A DNA stretch of 64,000 nt from Macrostomum lignano (lineage: Eukaryota). This document shows positions 1-18,393 of this stretch, one piece after another (positions within the stretch are counted from its first letter, which is position 1; the number at the start of each line of letters is the position of its first letter). Below the pieces are notes generated by a model. That model did no database searches. It had not been told where the DNA came from and was given only the letters and a program-made list of their open reading frames with translations. The DNA lies in assembly GCA_002269645.1 (NCBI GenBank), contig NIVC01000073.1, positions 186,001-250,000 of the forward strand, given 5' to 3'. Position numbers and translations under genes: made by a program.

Positions 1-944
1 GCAGCTAAGTCAAGTCAGTCAAACAAGCTGTTGCAACCCGTGGATTTTAAACCCCCTAACCCTGGCCTTCGCCTCGCTTGGGTCCCCATGAAACTTCTCT
101 CCTCTCTTCTCTCTCCCCTACTCTCTCATCTCTTCTCTTTCCTCTCTACTCTATCATCTCTCCTCTCTTACATGTACGAGTCAGAAAGTGGGGAGATAAG
201 AGAGAAGCGAGAGAAGCTATGGGAGTCCATAGCGCTTAAATTTGTACACACACAGACAGAGCTTTCATTTTTATATACACAGATTAGTTCGCAATTTTAT
301 AAAGATAATTACTGTGTTTGGTGCATAACAGAAAAGCGCTGATTTGTTATAATTAAAATAAATATTATCGCGTACAAATGCCAAGCAACAGCAGGTATAT
401 TTTGACAGTAATAATTTAAATAAATTCAGTTAAAAGACACAGTCTTGGAGATTGCGGGTGAAACATTTATTATATAAAAATACTTGGATATAACATGCAA
501 ATAAATTAAATAATAGATTTAACAAGCACACGTTTATACGCCGAAAATGAAGACAAAAAACCGCGACAGCAGGTAAATGCAAACACGAGTTATTTACAGA
601 GTATTAAGCCATAAACAAGAATAAAAATGAACTGACCATCGCCTTCCATACGTAAATGCTGATTGCCTTCTGGGAAACAAAAATAAGCGCAACTCCTACT
701 GCAAGTAGCAGCATGCGACTAAAGCACCGATATCTGATATTCATACATGGGTACAGTACAGTTCAGTAAAACAAAATATTTTAAACGCTATTTGACCGGG
801 ACGTGCATTGGTAAGCATAAATAAAAATTGCTATGCACAAAACCGACTTTTGTGTCCGCGAGACGACACAGCTTTCATTGGATTTGGATTTGGATTGGAT
901 TTACGAGTAGTATGCTATTTATATATACATATACACAATATTCT

Positions 945-1660
945 CACCCCCTTAAAATCTGACCCCTAAAAACCTGACTAAAAAAGACTCATTTGCAAAA
1001 ATCTCACCCTAAGAATCTCAAACCTTTGAATCTTACCCCTAAGAATCTCACCTCTAAGAGTCTCAAACCTAAGAATCTCAAGCCTAAGAATCTCAAGCCT
1101 AAGAATTTTTCAAACCTAAGAATCTCACCCCTAACAATCTCAAACTTTTGAATCTTGCCCCTAAGAGTCTCAAACCTAAGAATCTCACCCCTAAGAATCT
1201 CAAACTTTAGAATCTTACCCCTAAGAGTCTCAAACCTAAGAATCTCACCCCTAAGAATCTCAAACTTTAGAATCTTACCCTTAAGAATTTCAAACCTAAG
1301 AATCTTACCCCTAAGAATCTCGAACTTTAGAATCTTACCCCTAAGAATTTCAAATCTAAGAATCTCACGCCAAAGAATTTCAAACCAAAGAATCTCACTC
1401 CTAATAATCTCAAACTTTAGAATCTTACCCTAAGAATTTCACACCTAAGAGTCTCACCCCTAAGAATCTCAAACTTTAGAATCTTACCCCTAAGAATTTT
1501 AAACCTAAGAATCTCAAGCCTAAGAATCCCAAGCCTAAGAATTTTTCAAACCTAAGAATCTCACCCCTAAGAATCTCAAACTTTAGAATCTTACCCTTAA
1601 GAATTTTAAACCAAAGAATCTCACCCCTAAGAATTTCAAACCAAAGAATCTCACTCCTAA
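945..1660. repeat. Degenerate minisatellite, core CCCTAAGAATCTCA / AAACTTTAGAATCTTA
   Basis: Repeated ~10-20 bp subunits seen directly; ORF 1155-1433 (LRISN repeats) is a by-product. Confidence 0.9.
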
Positions 1661-1807
1661 CAAATTAACAATGTCACCAGAAAGAAAATTTCACCCCTTA
1701 GAATCATAGCAAGCATAGTCTTAACTGATAAAATGGCCACTTTCTAAGAGCCTTATCAGACAAAATCTCACCCTGAAGGCAGGTGAGGAGAGATGCACTT
1801 TGCCCTA

Positions 1808-7680
<5,873 letters not shown>

Positions 7681-8229
7681 TCAAACAACACCCACCCGCC
7701 TCCGCGCCGATTGCTCAATACACTCTGAGTCTTATCCATTCGATTACAGCTCTCTAGAATTCTTTAGACCTTTGACACTCCCCTGCGTTCCCCCATATCA
7801 AGACACCAGATGAGACGGGCCAATCCAGGCTGATCTGCTCACCCGCTTGCCGATACAAATTATTACTCCTTCCTAATATGCAGTCAATGAACAATGCTGT
7901 GTAACTGTGTTATAGCTCTGCTAAACTGAATCGAAAAAAAATCGGATGAATTTACCCAAGTCAAAGACTTTCCTTAAAACACTTCTTTTAAGTAAAAATA
8001 TATCAATTAGCATTTGAATTTTTATTGGAACAGCTATGAGTAGCTTGTCGCTAAATTGTTATTTGAGTATGAGTGCGCCTGCACTTGCTCCCCTCTCTAC
8101 CTAACCATCCTTATTCTTAATTGATCAGCGCCTCGGCCCCTATGTACGCAACACCCGTCATCCATCGCTCTCATCTTATCGAATTATTCTCTCACCTTGA
8201 CCGTCTTATCGCAGTTAACATTAAGATCA

Positions 8230-8625
8230 GGTCCTGGATCTTAATCTTCATTGTCAGCCACTGGAGCTTCCGGCTCGCGGCTAATGCTTTCTGTTGATTT
8301 GAAAAACGCAGTGATATCAACTTTGCTAGTTGCGGCCGCGGTGGCAGTCTTTTCAGCTTTCGGCTGCAGATGGCCAGGAAACATGAGGAAGATAGGAACG
8401 GAGTTCGGATACAACTGTCTTTTGACGTTAGGCAGAAAGCCAGAAAATTGCTACTTGAAGCAAGATTCCTCAAAATGAATCGAGCAGACTCGCGCGGATG
8501 GTGTTGGCTCGAATTTTTTACGCCTCAGCGCTATTAGCCACTTGTTCTTCATTTCGTTGTCCTTTAGAAGAGTATGGAAGGACACTCCTGCCAGAGACAT
8601 CGCTCAGCAGCAAGAGCTGCCATGA
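8230..8625 (-). pseudogene. THAP-domain relic (P-element/THAP-type)
   Basis: Manual translation: GSSCC*AMSLAGVSFHTLLKDNEMKNKWLIALRRKKFEPTPSARVCSIHFEESCFK*QFSGFLPNVKRQLYPNSVPIF. This shows THAP motifs (FH, W, VCSxHF, AVPTIF-like box) with in-frame stops. Confidence 0.75.
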
Positions 8626-9075
8626 GTTCCTTTTCTTTTTCTCAGAAATTTGGATGATCAAGACTGTTCTTCCATTTCGTTATGAGCTAAGTTTGCTTAG
8701 CTGGTTCAAATTAGTTTAAGTATTGCTACTTTGGTTCGCAGGCCTTATTTAAAAAGGGGTTTTCCCCAGGCCTCTCTCTGGTGAGGAGCCTGGGGAAGCA
8801 ACCCCTAAAACCCCTCCTTCATGCTCATTGGCTGGAGGGTTTCAAACACACTAGAGGATACCTTGCAAACACACCCATACACATTTACAGTATCTCTCTA
8901 CCCACCACCGCCAGCGAGCCCTCCCTTCTTAGCTAGTTTTCGAACCACCAGACAATTTATTTATATAGTTAGTTATATAGTTGCCATAACCGACCTAATT
9001 TTTATAGGTCGGTATGGCAAGTGAGCTAAAAATAGCAGCCAATGAGCAGGAAGCAGGGGTTTTGCGAGGGGGCAT

Positions 9076-9299
9076 CACAAACCCGAAAAATCACAACTCC
9101 GAAAAGCGCTTTCTATCATAAACCCGAAATATCATAAACCCCGAAATACCACAAACCCGAAATATCATAACTCCAAAAGTTCTAGCAATGTCCAACACTA
9201 TTTTGGTTTTCGGTTTCGCAGTTTGATATTTCGGGTTTGTTTGTGATATTTTGGATTTATGATGGGAAGTGCTTTTGGAGTTGTGATTTTCAGGTTTAT
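9076..9299. repeat. Imperfect foldback / MITE-like inverted repeat
   Basis: Left arm AAACCCGAAAAATCACAACTCCGAAAAGCGC...ATCATAAACCCGAAATATC matches the reverse complement of 9225-9299. Confidence 0.7.
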
Positions 9300-12200
9300 T
9301 ATGGCGACTCCACCCCTGTGTCTTGGGGGTTAGCCGGGAATCGCACGAACCCCCCCCCCCAGGCAACAAGCCCTATTGCACAAATTAAATAGGGGGAGGG
9401 GGCAGCCTCCAAAAGATGCGAAGTTAGACCACCAACACCAAAGAATAACATTTTAAATCTATTATGTCCCTTAAACCCTTTGAATTCTATTTTGCATCAC
9501 TTCGGATATTCCTTTTGCTAGGTGCAAAAGTCTTGCATTGCGTCACCCTAAAGTCACAAAGTGTATACTTTCAATTCAAAAGCGTTCCAGCTTTGCCTTT
9601 CTTCATTATAACTTCAAAGACTCTCTATGTGGCCCTTGGGTCCTTCAAAACTTTACAATAGCAATCCAGCACACTCAATGTCTATACCTCTTCTTAGCGC
9701 TCTTCTTTCTAATCTCTTCTCTTTCTCTCTCCTCTTGTTTCTCTTTTTCTCTCTTCTTTCCTCTCCTGTTTGTCATTCGTGTTGTCTCCTTTTCTTTATT
9801 TTCTCGCCTCCACTTTCTCTTATTTTTCCTCTTACTTCTCTATTCTCTCTCCTCTCTCCCCTCATCCAGCTTGCAGTCATGCTTAGGTTTTTAATCTGGC
9901 CCTTGAGGTAAAAGGGTCTGCCTGCACTAAAGAGTTTTTAGGTAAAATTTTAGTATATAGATTTAGGTAAGTTTTTAAGGTGAATAGTCAAATGCATTGA
10001 CTATATATAAGGGGTTGGGGTGTCATGCAGATTTATTGTGCCATAAACCAAAATAATATTTTCAGAGTTTAGGGGCAATTCTGAATTTGAAAACTTGTGA
10101 TTACAATTATGGAGTTAAGGAGCAATTACTAAGTAGAGTTAAAAGCATGTTTTTATGTAGAAAATATAAATGAGATTGATGTTGCCCATCATTTAATGCA
10201 ACACCCAGCCAACAAGATCCAACTATTGCTCCAAATCCTAATTTAATACAAATTAATTTCATTTTTTTGTTTATTTGCTATCTTAAGGTATTAACAAGTT
10301 TTTGTTTGAATATGACTTCAAATTTGGGATTGCAATTTTGGGAACTAATATGAGGACTACATTATAGGAATAGAATGGCTAATCAATTTTCTATCAATCT
10401 TTTGCAAACTGATGATGGCGAACTAAAGGTCAGTGTTAAAGATGGGCTCTAACTAGTAGCTGTCCAAGAATGATAATTAGTTAACTGTCAACTCTGAAAA
10501 CTAAATCTCATTATTATTGCTCTTCTTATTCTATCTAAGCAAGTGAATTCTATTTTGTATATAACTCTCTCTGTGTATACTAGTAGTTAGTGCATTCCTT
10601 TTTGTCAGCAAAGGATAAGGATGATTGTATATAAATAGATATAAACAATACATTCAAAATTGTTATCCAGAGGGTATAAGATAGTGGTTGTGTGGAAAGG
10701 CTTCTTTATTTTTATCCAAAAATCAAATTTTCTATGCAATTTTAGATCCATGCCAATTTAAGAAAAATGCATTGTTTTACTACATAGACATTTTCCAAAA
10801 AAATTGCAAATTCTTTTTTGCTATTGCTATAAATGCACTATAATTTTGGGATTTGGTGATTGGTATTTTTTAGATTTTACCAATTTAGTTTCTGGTAAGG
10901 AAGACCAACCTTGCCCACCATGATTTAGTTCAAGCCTTGAATAATAAAGTTAATGATTAATAAGCTGGTCCAAGTAAAACCTTAGATAATTCAATTTAAC
11001 TTAGTAGCTTTTTTAGTGAAATGAAGTGGAAGAAACATATGCCACATATACTATTGATAATTTATTTGATTTGAAAAAAACTAAAGTAAAAGAAGATAAA
11101 GTAGATCTCAAGGCATACATATAGAATACTAAAAACTTTAAAGCTCTAATTTTGAGAATGCCTAAGACTGGAAGGGATATATATGCAATATACTTAATGC
11201 TTTCTTAATATCAAAATTAAATACATTATTTATATAAACATATATATATGTATATATATAAACATCCCTAATCCCACTGATAAAAAATACATTGGCCTAA
11301 TTGTAGATAGAAGATACAATATTACTAGGGAAAATAGAATTTATACTTGCTAAAATATAATCAAAAAACCAATATTAACCCCTAGCCCATAGTTTGGATT
11401 AGATCATATATTAGTGTTTGCTAGGTATAATGCTGGAAAAGAATGACGAGACCTTGTTTGTACACTGGGTTTGTGCATCAATACAAAAATTTGTCATTTG
11501 ATACAATATATCTGCTATGTTATATATGCCAGGATATCCTGATATATGCTGAAAATAGTAAGACCCTTGTTGTATGCCGGGATTTCCTAGTGTACATGTT
11601 GCTTTCCCAACCATGGGCCTTAGCCAATGAGTATACTTTAAGTCAAGACATTGAATTGCCATATTTTCTACACTCTGGATCATGTAGTATATGCCCAAAA
11701 ATTTGGGCATGCATTGGCCTTGCATGCTAAAAGTAGGTCTGCACAATTGGCGTGCATCATTCTTAAGAAAATAATATGCATGCATACTTAGCATAGGGAA
11801 TCACATATAGAATCACATAGAGGAGTTATTTTGAAATAGAATAAAGATAAAAAAGTTCATTTTTAAGTATAAATTTCAAGGTTTCCAGGTTTTTAAGCTC
11901 ATATAGAAGCATTTAAGCAAATTTATATGTGTATCAATTTTCTACTAGAAATAGTATTGCCAAAAAAGCAGAAAAATTAACCAAATTATCTGCCAAAAAG
12001 GATTGATTACACAATTCAAAAAAGGTCATTTATTGTCACAACATTGGCATAGTTTTGAGAATGGGCATGCACTCAAAAGTTTGGTATACATTTATAATTA
12101 TTTGATTTTTGTTTAGGCATGCACCCAATATGATCTGGACTATGGCATATCTAAAGGCTATCTAGCAAAGAGAAGGCTAAGGAAAACATAGTTTGGCACA

Positions 12201-13099
12201 CTTGAAAGAACTAAAGATTTTGCTATAATTAGGGGCCTATTTCTTACTATACTATACTAGTAACTAACTAGGTAGATAAGCACTATTAGATAATTGAGTA
12301 GGCTAAGGTCAAATCAAAATGCAAATCTAATAAAAATTAATATTATCATAGAATAAAACCTAAAATTTATATAAAATAAAGACAAAAGTATTATTATCTA
12401 TAAATAATCAGTATTTCTATAAATCTATCATTAAAACTATTAGAAATTTTATTTATTAATTTAATTAGGCCTAGGATTAGAATCCAAACTAAGTCTAAAA
12501 ATAAATAAATTAGGCTATATATTTAATATTAATAATTATAAAAATAAATTTAGAGAAGACTTTTAAATTTCAAGACTTTAAAGTGTGGAGTCCTGTAGTT
12601 AGACTTAGAGACTTAGAAATCTTAAAATCTTAACCCTTCTTATATGCGGCATGCTACTGACTTAACGATGATTATGTTGACTTATCTATACATATACAAT
12701 TTTATATAACACTGGTACACGAATGGCAAGTCCACTGGAACGTGAACCCTGAAACTTGCTGCAGCAACGACGAGATAGTGAGTCAAAAACCATGCAAAAA
12801 CGAATCAAGTCAAGTCAAGATTTTAAATTTGCGAAAAGAGTCGTTTAACAAAAGCAGGTTTAAATAAACAGAGAAACACGCTAAACGCTATTGTTTCACT
12901 GTTTTTAACTAAGAGTATCACTATCATTTTCAGTTTTGAAATAAATTACCACCAGTAGTCAATCTTTCCCGCTAAACCAGCTGGCCTTGCCCAGTTGAGG
13001 GTCTAATACTCTAAAATTCGTTGGTTCCACTTTTTCATTTGACCCTTTGAGGTCCACGATAACCGAAAGTCCAAGGAGGCAAGGACTATTTATAAAGAC

Positions 13100-16000
13100 T
13101 AACTAACATACGATATCTACATGTACATGTAAGTCGTCCTTGTGGAGGTCTATGTACAGTCGATGCAGTCTTGTACAATAAGCGTATGTTGTGCTCGCCT
13201 CGCTCTGTCCCAGGCTGCCGCGTCGTCGAGGACCGCCGGGGTGGCGACTGGCTGCCAGGATGCCTCGAAAGGCGGTGCCGTGAAGATAGACGGCTTCATG
13301 AGCCGGCATGGAACCGCGGGCCAACGGAAATATTGTGACAAAGGTGTTCTGGGCGAACGGAAGAGATAGAAGCTTGTGTTGTCCTGGAGGACAGGGAGCA
13401 TCTGAGTCTCACAATGAAGTTCGGCAGAGGCCATGGTGGGTGGTAGTGCAACCATTAATGCTCCGGATAGCCGCATTTAAACCACTTTGAATCAAGATTG
13501 AATCCCAGGAGTTTAGGATAGAGGGCCTGGGGAAGACCGACACCATCAAAGTTGACCTCGAGAGCCCTGGCGTATTCACGCTGGTCGGGGTGAATAACGT
13601 CGTCGTGCACTTTGCGGCCGAGACCTTGATCTTGCGGGCGTCGAGAAACGCGCCAGACGCGCGAGGTAGGCGTTCAGCCGCTCTTGGATGTTGGAGATTG
13701 AAGGGGAAGATGCCGCCAGTCAGGTCGTCGGCGTATCCGATACGGCTGGAGTCGGGATTGTCCGGCGTTGGGGTGTTCTTCACATAAAAGGCGAAGAGGA
13801 GCGGGCTATCGCGCTGCCCTGGGCCATGCCCATGCGAGCTTGGCGCCAGGCGGACTAACAGTCGCGTAGCACGGTGGGGGCTATAGGCGTCCGAGCAGCC
13901 ATGCAGCCTTTGATAAGGTTCGGCAGGTCAGAGTTAAAAATATCAGTGATAAGCTCACAGTGGTCAACGCAATCAAAGTTCAAGGGCTACTGCGCCGGTT
14001 ATCACCGGGGGGCTTGGCTTGGCAGAATTCAGCGCCGATCTGCTCAACGATCTGGCACACAGCTGTGGTAGTGAAATGCATCGGACGGAAGCCATGCTGC
14101 CAAGCAGGGAGCTTCAGGTGATCGGTCAGGAGAGGTAACAGCAGCTTCTCGAAGATTTTCGTAAGCGGGGAGAACAAGATCGGGAAGTGGCGCCATCATC
14201 TTGAGGCTTGCCGCTCTTGATAAGCGGGCAGATCAAGGATTTTTTCCACACCGCAGGAATTTTATGATGATGCGTGAAAGATTAAACGGGCCGAGGAGCG
14301 CACTGATGGAATGGCCTTCGAAAGTTTGGAGCGTTTGATGGCCTGAACAAGATTGTCTTTCGAGAAATACAGGGTGGTCAGGTCTTCGCGTGGGAGGGCG
14401 GCAACTTTTCGGCGGACGAAACGCATAGCGGGATTCCTACAGTGAGCTCGCACAGTGCGCTCGCGGTTGCGTGGACTGTTGATTGAGCCGATTGGCCACC
14501 CCTGTGTCGCTCTTGGTCGGTTTTCCAGCCAAGCTGAGGATCGTATTACAAGCAGAGGACGTGACGCGGCCCGATGATGATGCACCACAACTGATGTTCC
14601 AGCGGGTGCGACGCTCTTCTTCAACCTGTGAGGTGATGAGGCTCTGGAGCTCAGGGATCTGTGGGTTACTGGGGTCGGCACAGCGCAGCTTGTCACGTTT
14701 TGTTTGGAGGTGGCGAATTTCAGCCGGACAAGACGAGGTTTCTTAGCGCTGTAATCTGCCTTCTGGGATGGCTGCCATCATCGCCTTCACAATGAGCCGG
14801 CGAAGGCTTTTCTCGACGCCGTGGGCGTTGCCGTCGGTGCTGAAGTTGGACAACGAGTCATCCAGCATAGAGCTGATGAGGTTCTAGTTGGCGCGGCGGA
14901 AATTAATTAAGCAGCGTTTGGTGGCCCCCAGCGATCTGGCCGAAACAGGAGAGGATCGGCAGGTGGCCGCTAGAGAGCGTTGGCAGGATGGAGTGCTCGC
15001 GCTGAGAAGTAGCGGCTGGTGTACTGCCATGACATTGGGGGTCTGTGGCTTGGGACTCTTGATTGTACCGGTACGGATAGGAAGTCGTACGGGACTGCTT
15101 TAGCTTGGCTGGCCAGCAAATCACCACGAGGGGTGGAGTCGAGGTCGGACTCCCACGCGGCATGGTGAGCGTTCCAGTCCCCGCAGACGATGGTTGGCGT
15201 GTCGGTGAGAGTAGCATGCTGATGTCAGGTATAAAACCGGTGGCGCAGCTGCTGACGGTCGGGAAGTAAGTGTTGAAGACCCGAATGACGTGGTTGCTCG
15301 TCCAATGAAGGTCGATTCCTTGCGCTTCTACCGGTTCGGGAGCGAGGTCGGCACAGTTGGCGGGCTTGAACCGGATGGAGTCGAGGATGTAGAGGAGGAG
15401 GCCGCCACTTTTGGAGCGCAGGCGGTCTGAATGGACACAGGAGTAACCGGGTTGAACAGGATCGGCGGCGTTGCTAGTGAGCTCAGTCTCCTGGATGGCG
15501 ATCACGTGCGGTTTGACGTTGCGGCTGAGGTATTCGAGCTCCTTGATTTTGTTGCTAATTACATTGGTGGTTCATTGAAGAACTTTATTGTTAGCTGAGG
15601 CGGTAGGTTTGGCTGGGGTGCTGGTTTGAGTGCTGCTGTTGACACCGCCGTTGTTTTCTTTTTTGTTTGATTTTTTAGAACTTTTTAAACTTTTTAATTT
15701 TTTTTGTTTATGGTAAGTAAAGATCCGGCGGAGGTGCTGGCGTTTAAGGTTACAGTCGGTGCAGTGTTGCTGCTGGGCGTCAGGCTGCTAGTAGGACAGC
15801 AGGGCCAATGTAGGCTGGGCTCCAACCGGAGGCGGGGATCCCAGCGCAGTTGACGTCTTTAACTCTGCAAAGTGAAGCCAGGATTGACAGACTACCGACG
15901 GGAAAGAACCGCAGCTTGCAGCGTCCACACAGGTAGATCTTCGGCGGTCCTGGGTTTCGTTCAACGCCTCTGGCTCTGATGATGATGAGGCGAGCCAGCC

Positions 16001-16100
16001 AAGCCGGCTTAAGTGGTCCTCAAAGGAAAAAGGCGCTTGAGGAAGTCCAACAGAGTTCAACGCTGCACAGAAAGCGCAATCCCGGGTTGAGAGAGTGCGG
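13100..16100 (-). mobile_element. Decayed non-LTR retrotransposon (Cys-rich N-terminal region, APE endonuclease, RT)
   Basis: APE motif VIAIQETEL (14903-15505); RT motifs KIFEKLL, QHGFRP, YADD and YPKLLG spread over several frames; frameshifted and internally deleted. Confidence 0.85.
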
Positions 16101-16289
16101 TACATTTGGTCCGACCAGTGCCAGAGTCGCCTTCACTGGCCGATTGAGAACGGATAACGCTTCACGGGACGAAGCCGGACCATTTTGGAGACCCTTTCAC
16201 CGACGCGGGTTCAGGGCTCCTCCTCGCTCTCGTCTTGATAGACGGCCCTGATGGGCTTCCTGTTCTTGTGGCCACTGAAGTTCAAGCCG

Positions 16290-16930
16290 CGCTGCTGACT
16301 GCTAGGGTCCTTCCAACGCTGGTCTTTTGACTCGCTAGACAGGCGACCTCCAAGTGGCCCAGCTTGTCATAGGCGTGACACTTGGTTTTCGCATTCAGTC
16401 GACAGGTACTGCCTGGAGCTGCAGCGCATGCAGGGTGACGCGGCTTTACCGACCAGATTGACCTCCAACTTGGCGCGCCAGCTGTTGGCCTCCGCTTCCG
16501 CGATTTCTGCTGCTTGAGCGATTTCCTTTGCTTTCTCGAGCGTCAGGGTGTAATTCAACAACCGCTTTTTCACTTGCGGCTCCCGTAGTCCACTGAAGAA
16601 GCAGTTACGCAGTGCGACTTCCAGAAAAGTGCCGATGTTGCAGGTCTCCTCCAGAACTGCGCCGCCGACTGACCGACTCTCCGTCCTTGTAGAAGCGAAA
16701 CCGCTCGGCAATGACCTTCTTTTGGAAGAAGGCTTCCCTCCCGAGCACAGATTTTGTAAGGTCGCACTCGCAGAGCTTTGGCGGCTGATTAAAGTAAAAA
16801 CACCGCTTTCTTCTGGCTGTCGTCCTTGATTCTGTTTGCGCTCATATAGAGGGCGAGGCGCTGCGCTCCTCGTAGGTGCAACCAGTCTTTTCCCTCCTCG
16901 AAAGGCTCCACCATGCCGATCTGACTCCAA
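16290..16930 (-). mobile_element. Ty3/Gypsy (Mag/K02A2.6-like) gag relic
   Basis: MVEPFEEGKDW...ANRIKDDSQKKAVFLL, CNIGTFLEVALRNCFFSGL...KRLL...LTLEKAKEIAQAAE, then a decayed knuckle CHAYDKLGHLEVAC; frameshifted. Confidence 0.8.
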
Positions 16931-18393
16931 AATGAAACGAAATGAAAGACAAAATGTGTGTGTGTGAACCTCGCAGGCTGTTTTATAATTATTCCACTGC
17001 ACCCCTGCAGGGGTAGCACAATCCCAACCAGGCCTCTGTTTGCTGGGGTGCGGGGTGCAGACAGGCAGACTTTTGTGGGCATTGGGCGTACAGTGATGAC
17101 CGTGCGGCCAGACAAAGACCAGTGCCTGTGGTGCGGACTGTGGGGTATGAGTCCCGAATAGACAGACACTACCAATAATTAATGTATTTTGCCGCTAAAG
17201 CAGGGGTCGGCCAACTTTTTTTTACCTCAATGGCCAGATAGAGAATCTAGTAGCGCTAGCGTATATCTACGGGCGAGAGGAGGGAGAGAGGAGAGAGGTG
17301 AGATATGAGACATTGGAAGAAAGCAGAGGCGAGAGGCGAGAGGCTAGAGGCAAAAAGAGAGGAGACGAGGGGAAAGAAGAGAGATGAGAGAGGGAGAGGA
17401 GAGAGGATGAAGGAAAGAAAAAGAGAGAGAGGAGATTAGAGAAAGGAGAGCTGAGAAGAGACACCTACCTTGAGCGGGCCGGATTGCTATTGTGAAGCAA
17501 GAACATCTTAAGTTCTTGAGAAGTCCTTGTTGTGAAGTTTCAAAGTTCACGGATGTGGCCCGCGAACCCCTGCCTCCAAAAAGTAGTCGTACATATATAA
17601 GCTATATTTACCTGAAACAAGCAAAACGAAGTAGTTACATTAAATAATTATATTATAAAACTTATACACTAAATCCTAAATATTTCAAGCCCCTCAAAAA
17701 TGATTTCTGAATTCACAAATACCATAAGAATTATTTCAACAATTCTATCGGTTTTATTGTAAATAAAAATACACTTATTAGCAAGCGTAACAAGAAATAT
17801 AGTATTAGGAATTCGCTCCTAAATTCTATTTTGAAGCGGAAATTGCGCAAAAAATCAATTTTGTTCCAACTGAAACAATAAAATTCTGATTTTGGGCGCC
17901 TGCAGACGATTCCGTCAAATATTACTGACTGCATGTGCAAAAATCTAATTGTTGATTCAGAACCTCAATTCAAATGATCGAGCGTATGAAGAGCAATCTT
18001 CCCTCTTCCCCACTTCCGACTAAAAAATATAGCGGCTCTCAGGAAGTGACGAAAACCAACTACGTCTGTATCTGACCACAGGACGGTGGCAGAGCAGTTG
18101 AGGAAGCCTTATCTGCATTCCAGAAAAACAGTGCAACAGTGCAACTCGAAAGGCTGCATGTACAGCTTTTAAATGTTACGTACACGATAAATTTCTCATC
18201 AAAGCTCGTGATTGGCTAGAGAAATTTATCGCCACGACTGCCACAGGAAGGCTTCAGAATGAATTGCACGAGGCAGGTTTTACCATAGACAAAAGCTCCT
18301 CAACAGTAAGCGCGTCTTTACAGACGCGGATTTACGCAGATGCAGATTTACTAGAGACAATGGTTGCTAATTAATGACGATCAAATGGACGAC

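Noticed and set aside
8985-9030. Hairpin followed by CTAA as a Helitron 3' end
   Set aside because: No flanking T, no 5' TC end and no Rep/helicase remnants.
10405-10425. CTGATGA words as hammerhead ribozyme cores (also ~15977, 28711, 28776, 60674)
   Set aside because: No GAAA partner with supporting stems recognised; some lie in coding sequence.
11980-12250. IS66-like motif RKT*FGT...DFAIIR in the CpG-poor island
   Set aside because: Short, interrupted resemblance with no supporting DDE motifs; not enough to name the element.
17201-17572. CAGGGGTCGGCCA...TGGCCCGCGAACCCCTG as a hAT MITE
   Set aside because: TIR match is loose and flanks (CGCTAAAG / CCTCCAAA) show no TSD.
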